Shown here: piece after piece, positions 52,101 through 61,200 of the stretch | Layout: each line of letters begins with the position of its first letter | How positions within the stretch are numbered: the stretch's first letter is position 1 | NCBI GenBank assembly: GCA_002633005.1 | Contig: NMRA01000029.1 | Location: forward strand, 760,956-824,955 | Source of the DNA: Phoronis australis | Lineage: Eukaryota; Animalia; Phoronida | Length of the DNA stretch: 64,000 nt | Reading direction: 5' to 3' | Translations under genes and position numbers: made by a program | The notes under the pieces: generated by a model | Seen by the model: only the letters and a program-made list of their open reading frames with translations | Database searches by the model: none | Told to the model about the DNA's origin: nothing

Positions 52101-55100
52101 CATGAGCAATGACTATGGATATAGTGGACCCACATTACGCATAACCGTGTCGATGCTGATTTATTCCAAAATATTGATCTACGAACTCCGGCCATTACTG
52201 AACTAACACGACTTGTGTGCACGAAAAATGCACTTATAAGGCAACGTTTCCAACAGAGGCAAACAAGCATCATGGAATGATTAAATCAAAGAGTAATAGA
52301 GAATCCTACGCTCGTCTCGGATTTATGACATGGGCAAAACTTCTGGGAATTTTCGTCAAAATCTTGAGGATTGCTGAGGGACTTTGACGAAATTTCCAAG
52401 AGGCTTTGCCTATGTCATCAATCTGAGACGAGTGTAGGATTTGTTTTCTCACATGAACCGTAAAAACGATCTTTTTTGCCAAAGAACTTGACGTGACCAA
52501 AAGTTTGAACCACATGACACAACTTTTGAAAAAACACACTTGCGCAATGTTAAGTAATTCTTTCACTTTTTGTTAGTAGTTTCATTTTAAGCTGAACAAA
52601 TGTAAATTGCATTCATCTTTCGCAGCAAATTTTCAAGTTAGAATCTATTATATAGTCTTTGAAGTTGTAATACCAAAACTACAAAATGTTTATAAATAAC
52701 AGTCTGCAACTAGCAAGGCTTCCCCATGCATGAGCACTGAATTGACCTCGAGACAGCACAGCTAGGCAGTCTTTCTTGAGTTGGGCTCATCTCCATTTGA
52801 ATGACCGTGGATATGGAATTTGCTGCCGAAGATGGGTCTGTTGAAGAAGTTGTTTGCATGTCCTTCCGACTGAGAGTAAGTACAGTTGCGACACCCGATT
52901 TGTCAATCATAACCTTGTCACCATTTCAGAATTCCGGCGTTATTTGGTTGGCGCGCATTTGGTTGTTTTAGTGTTTTGCAGACGATAAAATGTAAGGCGT
53001 ATAAATTTCTACTTTGTGATTCGCCCATGCAATATCAAAAAAATTCATACTCGGTGTTATTAACTAGTCGTGTCGTAACACATTCCAGGTGACATGTGAG
53101 AAATTCTAAAACAAATTGACATTTATCAACATAGGAAGATCACTGATACACTAAGTAAATTGCTTTGTTTCGTTGGTTGCCCCTCAGATTTTTCCGTTTC
53201 TGAAGAAAACTTAACCTTTGTGCAAAAGGGCCCTTCAGTAGAAAAAGGTTCATACCATGAAGTTAATGAAGCTTAATAAGAGCATGGAGAGGTCTCCAGT
53301 GCCTGGAAGAGAGTACCTAGTGGGGCCCCCGCCCCCTAGTACCTAGAGGGGCCCCCAGTACCTAGAGGGGCCCCCAGTATCTAGAGGGGCCCCCAGTACC
53401 TAGAGGGGCCCCCCAGTACCTAGAGGGGCCCCCAGTACCTAGAGGGGCCCCCAGTACCTAGAGGGGCCTCCAGTGCCTAGAGGGGCCCCCAGTGCCTAGA
53501 AGGGCCCCCAGTACCTAGAGGGACCCCCAGTGCCTAGAGGGGGCCCCCAGTGCCTGGAGGAACCCAGTGCCAGACTTCCCATCAAATTAGTATACTTTTC
53601 ATGCCAGTGTTCCTCATTATGTGAACAAAGAATGTATCAAATGGAGTTCATTGGTTGCTTCAATTGTAGGAATTTCACCTACGCTACCTTGACCTAATGC
53701 AGTTTGAAGTTTACAATTTTGGCTTGACCTTAATAGCGAGATGTTGGCATTCAAGTTTTAACATTAAAATCATTGAAAGCCAATTGATTGTTTTATATTG
53801 CTATTGAGGTGGAAACTGGTTGTAATCAGTTGAATGATTCTGATAGCGCTGATAAAATCACGCCATAACAGTGTCATATGAAAATAAGGTCAAGATAGGA
53901 GATGTCATGGCCTTGGACTGACTATCTGTCAAATCACATGGTTTGTCTTGTGATCACCCAATGTCTGTCATAACAACAATGCCAATTATCTAACCCAGGT
54001 ATCAGTAATTACCAGGTGACTCTGATAGCCAATTAAGATAGAAAGATACTGGTGCATTTCCCCCTTTGAAAGATTATGAGGGTATTAACTGTCACTATTT
54101 CAAAGACCTGTGATTGATAATTTTTCAGAATGTTTCTTTTCATGTACAGCATTCAGAATTCAATGGAAATCATGCAAGCAACGAAAATCCGGCATTTGGT
54201 TAATTCCCAACATCCCAACCCTACAGATCAACGAGACACTCTGAGTATTTAACAGGAAAGTTAAAGACACAATATCATTTTCACAAATATCATTTTTTTT
54301 CTGGCAGGTTGTTTATTGTTGATATGTTGGGCCCCCATAAAACCACAACCAACTGTTCTGATTATGATAAAAAAGATGTACTTTTGACAACACGAAAATT
54401 GAATAACTCCAATGAATCTGCAGAGATGTGCAATAATTCGTTTTTGTAATGACAAGCTTTCAAAAATGCTTGAGTTTTCGGTGAGTTTTTCAAGAATGGG
54501 GGGAGTTGGAAGTTCGACAAACCACAATATCTAAATGACAGATGTTGAAGGTAGTGCTGCAAATCACAAACCAGAGCCAATTTGTCATGCCTGGACTGGT
54601 TCCTTACCCAATCTACTTATGGAATAGTATGAGCCTCACTATGGCAATGTAAAACTGCAACGACACATTGCAGTCAAAATAGTTATGGTCAAAAAAGTCT
54701 AGAGAACTGACTTTCATAGTAAGACACGGCTTGCTCAAACGCTGGTTGGAATGGACACTGTCTCGCTAAGTACAGAAATTGATGTTAAAGTGAATCTTTC
54801 TATGGATACTTGTCAAATAGACGTGTGACACCGGCTTCAATACAACTCCAAATTACATGTTTGTATACCCACATGAGGTTCACCTGAAAACTAATAAGTT
54901 GGTACACATCCTGGAAAAGCTGTGTGACAAATCATATACATGTGTACAAACTACTGGGCTTAGTCAGCTGTTATATCTGAAACAGCTGCGCTGCACATTT
55001 TTCAAAGCATAAATCAATAATGTTTAAATTTGTTTGATCCGACAAATAAGATACACCAACCTCAGAAAGCTACTAGCAAAAACGTTTTCCTTGTACTATG

Positions 55101-56998
55101 TACAATATTTAAAATCCATCTCGCAAAATAACAACTGTGACAATTCAAATGAATACTTAAAGTAATTATTAAGTACTGCTTAAGTAGATTAAAAAGGTCA
55201 ACTTCAAAGTAACATAAAATAAGAACATTAATAGTTTTATTACACTTGCTATAAACAGACGTTCTGTCTTAAAGAAGCAAACTTTTGATTTAGACAACTT
55301 ACTGCAGCTATAAAATTGTGCTCAACTTGTTCCTTACTAAGGATGAGAATGACACGCGAATTGTAGAGCCTGACAACAAGCAATAACGAACTGTCAGCTC
55401 AAAGCAACTGGAAACATGTCCAATTTGACATTAAAAGGAATAATTTGAGAACAAAAGCTCTAAATTAACATTTGTTTCAAGGCAAATGTTTATACTTGCT
55501 TCAAGTAAAGAAAAACACAGTTCTGTTCGGAAGACAGTTTTTATCAGAATTCTCCACTAACTAGAAGCTAAAATGGATAGGATGCATGCTGTTCCAGCCA
55601 AAACTAAAACTCAGGACCTCGTACTTCAAAGCCACATGTCTTATTCCGCCGTCTAAAGAGCAGGTCGAATGATTAAAACAAACATGAATTTTACTACACT
55701 CACTGCCGATTCCTCACCCTAGCTAAAACACCGTCACATCAAAATGCACCAATTGAACTGCTAATTTATCACAATTTCCTCATTACATTGAGGTCACTAG
55801 ATGAAAACTAATTATAAGTACAACTGTTAGGATTGTAAAATTGATGTGAGTTAACTATGATGAGACACTTCTTGTTTATGTTTAAGTAAGTCAAATTTGT
55901 CAATTTACTAGCTGCATCAGTCACTAATATTTACTCTTATTTTCATGTTTAGTATGACGTCAAATTGTGAAATTTGACATTGCAGACTATTAATCAAAAC
56001 TATTGTACAAAAAATCAACACAAAATCAACATTTTTTGAAATAAAGTATTGTGCTATTTGAAATCAAAAATATTATTCAAATCATAATGTTTCACTAATT
56101 TAGTCACAAGACGATTGTAGTTTTCTGGTAGCAAACTGTGCCCAACTCCCTTTCCTTGCTTTCATGAGTCTTGCAATGGTTTTAGTGCATCTTAAAATTA
56201 AATAAAAAATGTCAACGCTGTCCATTCTGCAAAACGAGATATCCCAAAGTAATATTAGTCATATTACCTAACCAGCACTCAATATACCTTCAACTTGTGT
56301 GGTCTAGCTTTAACTATGAAAATAAGTTTCACCTGGCTATACATCGAGAACTATGTACATGAACGCTCCATAACAAAAATGTGGAAACTTCTGAAAATTA
56401 CTGCAGTGCCATTACGCTAAATCATCGTGAGAGACCGTCCGGAGTTGGTATATGGTGCAACTGTGGGCGGTCTGGGCTCAACAGAAAAGCACAGCTCTAC
56501 TGCAAGTCTACACCAATGTGATAAACGAGAGTAGTAGTACTTGCTGCGTCAGCTGCAGGTATCATTATCTCATTTATGACACACAAGGTGTGACAGGGCA
56601 AAGCCTTTTCAAATTAGTCTAAGTAAGCCAGTGGAGTGTGAAACGCCTGAAGTCGCTGTCAAGTCTTCACAACAATTGCATGTATGCGGAGCATGCAAGT
56701 TTTAACTTAAGAACTTCAACACAATGCAATAAAGAAGAAATTCATTGTTGTAAAACAAAAAATTTCATTTTCTTGGTGTGGTTTACAACTTCCTCATGAT
56801 AGCAGTTACGTCAAATTTCTCAACACCACTATCCTGGATATGGCTATGTCTATGCCATGCCATGGTGAGTATGGTGGAAATGTTACTTACCCGACGACTA
56901 TACTCTCCAAATAAAGGCCTCCCAGTGTCATAATAACTCCCACTAGGGACTGTGCCATTTCCATGCTCTCCAATGATGGGATTCCTTTCAGATGCCAT
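46107..56998 (-). CDS. TMEM243: Transmembrane protein 243 (C7orf23 homolog), 127 aa, 4 exons
   Basis: Exons 56891-56998 (MASERN..TGRPLFGEYSRR), 51489-51539 (DRVINLVFGIITSIAVI), 47971-48075 (VTLVSAFIFPSWPPHGVHVYFACCIVLLCVSHLLL), 46107-46226 (IYWYRQGDLEPKFRTLIYYNSFCILLLCVCANLYMHNVN*). All phase-0 GT-AG introns. Matches recalled human TMEM243 motifs RPLFGE, DRIINL, VTLISAFVFP, IYWYRQGDLEPKFR, CANLY. Confidence 0.95.
47074..47570. mobile_element. PIF/Harbinger-like MITE in TMEM243 intron 3
   Basis: TIRs AGGCTTTTTCATACTGAC / GTTAGTATGAAAGGCCC; repeated GTTAACT and CATACTGAC internal motifs. Confidence 0.7.
48793..48893. repeat. Two-copy direct repeat (~43 bp) in TMEM243 intron 2
   Basis: ATGAAwGTTTTGAAAmAAGTGAGAATGGAyGTTCATAATTCAA twice. 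Confidence 0.85.
51051..51275 (-). pseudogene. Truncated THAP zinc-finger-like ORF, probably transposon-derived
   Basis: MPTKYYCCAVNCNS...LKFFAFPT fits the THAP N-terminal pattern M-x-C-x-V-x-x-C...FFxFP; the distal C-x-x-HF motif is not found. Confidence 0.5.
53296..53571. repeat. 19-bp GC-rich minisatellite in TMEM243 intron 1
   Basis: About 11-12 units of ACCTAGAGGGGCCCCCAGT plus degenerate flanking units. Confidence 0.97.
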
Positions 56999-57399
56999 TT
57001 CCAGTTCAAGGCTTCACCTTCTTTTCGGGAAGCCCAGTCAACGGGTTTGTGAATTCCAACGACTCTCACCACCGACGATTACGCCGTTATGAGAACCTCA
57101 AACCGTTTGAAAAAGTTTTCACAAATCCAAATACAAGAACAGAATAGACGTCAGTCTATGGCTGTAACATTCGTGTACGACTTTAGCCTGCCAAATACTC
57201 CCACGCTATTCCAGACACATCCATGCAATCATTAGACGAATGTGAGCTTGAGTTGAGGGCCCTTGCTCCGCTACTCGCTAGTTCCGCGACGTACCATCCG
57301 TAGACGTAGACCGCAACTCACGCGTTTTGCGGACAGTCTGTAATGAATTCACCGGAGAAACTGCATACTCACTCAATTACTCTATAGAAGAACTGCGTG

Positions 57400-57910
57400 T
57401 TAGATGAAACGAGACGAATATGAAAGCGCGAAATTGTGTAGACTGAGTTTAGTCTCTTGTTTCAGTTTTCCATTCGACCCAGTTGAAGTAGTCAACTCTT
57501 ATTTTCACGAAAGACGCCGCTCCAGTCGGCCAGCCAACCGAAGCGACGTCTTTCGACAAAATAATTACTCTCGTATAATTCTTTTTTGTTGTTGTTGTTG
57601 TTGTTTAAAATTTTTTTTCTTAAAATTTTTTATTTTTTTTTATATTTTAATGTATATTATTAGTTATTTATATATAAACAACTAATATATTGCTTGTTTA
57701 ATGTTTGCGTTTGAGGCTAAAAAAGTTCAGTTGAAAACGGACATGTTCTAAAAATAGATCTACCTGCGCGCGCACTTGGTGTTTCACCACAACGTTGAAA
57801 TCGGCTTGTAAAATTGTAGGCTATATAAAGCGGTTAAAATGCTGCTTCAGGAGAGCCAGAACAAGATCTTTGAAGGTTTGAAGGGAAAAGAACATAGATT
57901 GAATTTGTTG
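57400..57910 (+). promoter_or_regulatory. TATA promoter and non-coding first exon of the RBR gene, divergent from TMEM243
   Basis: TATATAAAG at 57822-57830; strong donor TTG|GTAAGT at 57911; acceptor TTTTAG ending 58202, just upstream of the ATG at 58223. Confidence 0.6.
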
Positions 57911-58222
57911 GTAAGTTAGAAAATTGTCGTTCTTTTGCAAATTGTCCTGTATTTAGTCAGAATTTGTCTGGTTGGCTTACGGTTTCTTCCTCAGTCTCTT
58001 GGCCTTGGGATTCCCTTCAGGATTCACATGAAAAGTCGATGCCGATGGCAATAAAATATATGTGATCACCAATCGCTTGGGCGCTGCAGAAATGCAAATG
58101 GGACGTTGGGTTTTATATTGTCCGAAATCTCTATGTTTCTTCGTCGCATCTTTCCACTTCATTAAATCACCTTTTTCTGCATTTACTTGCAATGCATTTT
58201 AGAACTCAGAAACTGCAGCAAC

Positions 58223-61200
58223 ATGGTGCAGAAGAAGGGTAAAGGCCATATCCACTCTGGAAATCCATTGAGGAAATGTCCTCAAAACTTGAAGAGCCAC
58301 TATGTGAACTATTCGGCCATTGTAAAGCATGTTATCAACACAAATGCGTCTGCAAATGCTGACCAAACGCTTCAGGTAAATATCATTTCTTTGCAATGAC
58401 AAGGATAACAGAATTGATGTCCACTCTATAGCCTAGGAGATTACGTTGTAATTCGCCAGTTCTTTTGTACCATCGTGAAAGTTTGCACACCCAAAATCAA
58501 CTTAATAGTTTATCACACTCCTTACTTGTAATTTCTGAAAGCAGCCATGTCACATCTGTTGTTCCTTTTTAGCTTTGGAACATGAGCTGACAGATGATGA
58601 ATTAAAATCTTTTGCCATTTTTTGCATAACATACCATTTCTTCCCATTGTTGACCTATATCTGCCTTCCAATTGAGAACTTGTAAGTAACTTAAAATGTA
58701 TGATACTGTTATGTTGCTGGTTAATACTAGTTTGGGCAATAGTTTGATATAATGTGCTCACATTTCAAGAACCAGATGAGGCCTGTTATTCTGCTGAGAA
58801 AACTGGTTCTTAAAATGGGGGCACATTATGTGATACTATTACCCTAGTTTGGAAAGAAGAAGATGTAGATTTAAGTGTTCATGTTATTGCGATGAGCATA
58901 TTGAGGAGGTTTCTTATTTCCAGACGAACATTGTGTACTCTCTGAATAAAAAGAACCGTTGGAAGCTTGTCGATGACATAAAGCGAGAAGTTTTGACGAA
59001 ACAGAATGATCCTGAGGTCGATGTTCACGTATCACTCACAAAATATCACAATCTTGATCAGACGTCAAACTGTCGTCTGCACATGACCACCATGAAAGAG
59101 ACAGTGTGTCGTCCCAAACCTGGTGCTACCTACTTCAATGCTAAAACGGTGGTACCTCATGTGGATGAGAATGGATTAAAAACGATTCGCAAACGGGTCG
59201 TCAATAACAACCGCGTGACCTATGAATATAAAACAGTGCAGGCAGATCCAGAAGTGAGATATGAAGTGTATACTCCCAGTCCTTCCAAGGTTCTCATGGG
59301 TATGTACTTACTATTCAAGTTACCGTACTCGCCGTAATAACTGCCCAGGGCGCTTAGAAAAGTTCGGTTCAGGGGGACGCTTATTATAACCCAAGGCGGT
59401 TGAAACCCGGTCTCCGAAACGGGTGAAATCGGAAGCTAAGATTCATCAAATTTACACTCTGTGACGTATATGTAATCTACGAAAGACTTTCAACAAAACT
59501 GTGGGGCATTGCTATGAAACTTTGCTGCTAAATTACGATCATTTTACAGAAAATTGTGCTGAAATCCCAGGGCAAAAACTCGCCGACTGACTGCCTCGAA
59601 ATCGCCGTCTTCGATATGGCGACTTCAATGCTTAAATAAAAATGGTTTCGACTCAAGCAAATTACCTGAAATCCTCATTAAGTTTTATAAGTAGCGTGTC
59701 TAAGATTTTTTTAGTTTCCGTGGAGTCTGGATTACGGCAGGTTTAAGTACAAATCTGTGCAAGATCGTGCCATCTACATGTATGATCGGCAACACGGCGA
59801 GAAAAATGTTTGGACGAACACACATGTTGTTGTCACATGACGTTTTGTTTTGAAGTTCGTCTGCGAGTAAGCAAGCGCGTGCGTGTTACTAGAGTTCATT
59901 TGCCAAAGCAGAGACCGTCTTTGGCCAGAGCCTTGCAATCTAACTAGGTAGATGTGTCTAAAGAAATTTGCACAAGCAGTAGGCCTAAACCAGAGCGTGT
60001 TTCATTCAGCACTTGCCGGTCTCGTGCTAAAAACTTTCGACATTTGTCTCGGTAAGGCCCATATTAGTCGCCGTGTAGCTGGATGCGTACGGAACTATCT
60101 GACAGTTATTTTGTGATGTAAGGGTGTGCAAGCATTCACTGTCAGTTGTCATTTTATCGGATATTTGGCTTAAAAACACCAATTATGGTTAATCAAACAA
60201 TCCATCTCAAAAATAATGCAAACATATTTTATAGTATTAGAAATTGTCAGAAATTAATGCCAATATTCATTTCTTATCGATGCTAGGCTACCCGTTTCAT
60301 GAATGGATAGTTCCCAACTAATGTCTTTGATGACAGGTATGTAGCGCGAGCTTCCTGGCCACGTGCGTTTATGTGTCTACTGAAAGGTCAGACCATAGTG
60401 GGACACGGTCGTCGCGAGAGCGTAACAACACTGTTGCGTTCTTTTTGAAGCGCTGCGTTACTTTGAAGTGTAAAGTCACGGCTAAATACAAACGTAGCAG
60501 TGCCACTGGTGGTCTAGAAGACCCGTGCAAAAATTTTGTTGATAAATTGAAGACGTTATTGTAGCCGAGTTTTAGGACTGTAGGTACGTCATTGTTCGCA
60601 TGTACGCATTCATGGACTATGCGCTTATTTCAGCAAAGTCTGAAAACGCGTGGGGGGCGCTTATAGGGGCATGGGCGGTTATTACGGCGAATACGGTATA
60701 TCGCGTTTTACTGTTGTCCCTGTTATTACAGATAGTGTGATTAAAGGAAATCTCTTTACCACCCAGGCATTATTGCCAGAACCTCTAAAGCTTTGCTTTT
60801 GGGCATTTCACTCAGTGTGTAATGGATACTATGACTTGAAGATTATCTATTAACTGACAACATAGCATTATACTCAGAGACTTTGATAAAGTCAACTGGA
60901 GTTGATATTGAACAATCAGAGTTGTGTATTCATTGAAAGATGTAATCATTATGTATCATGCTCACAGCAATTTACCTTTCTCTAGAAAAATGATCTGCTA
61001 ATATCCAAAAGATTGTTTGAATTTGTGTACAGTTTTGTTTCTAATATATTTGGTCTTAAAGGTAGTGAACTATCTTTAATTCCATTTTTGTTACCTTCAG
61101 TTTTCAGAATCATTTTGAATGTGATTAAATGGAAATGATCATCATGGACTCTGGTACTTTTTATGCATAAATAGATCACACCTGTTATGTGAACAAACTA

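Noticed and set aside
53296-53571. Palindromic repeat array resembling a CRISPR array
   Set aside because: Units are head-to-tail with no unique spacers, there are no cas genes, and the context is a eukaryotic intron.
55338-55369. 32-nt segment with good minus-strand splice sites in TMEM243 intron 1
   Set aside because: It is not a multiple of three and has no TMEM243 similarity; exons 1 and 2 already join in frame. A poison exon cannot be supported without RNA data.
43300-56800. Possible lncRNA or snoRNA host in the apparently ORF-free region
   Set aside because: Explained by TMEM243 introns and 3' UTR; I saw no convincing C/D box pair with terminal stem, though no covariance search was run.
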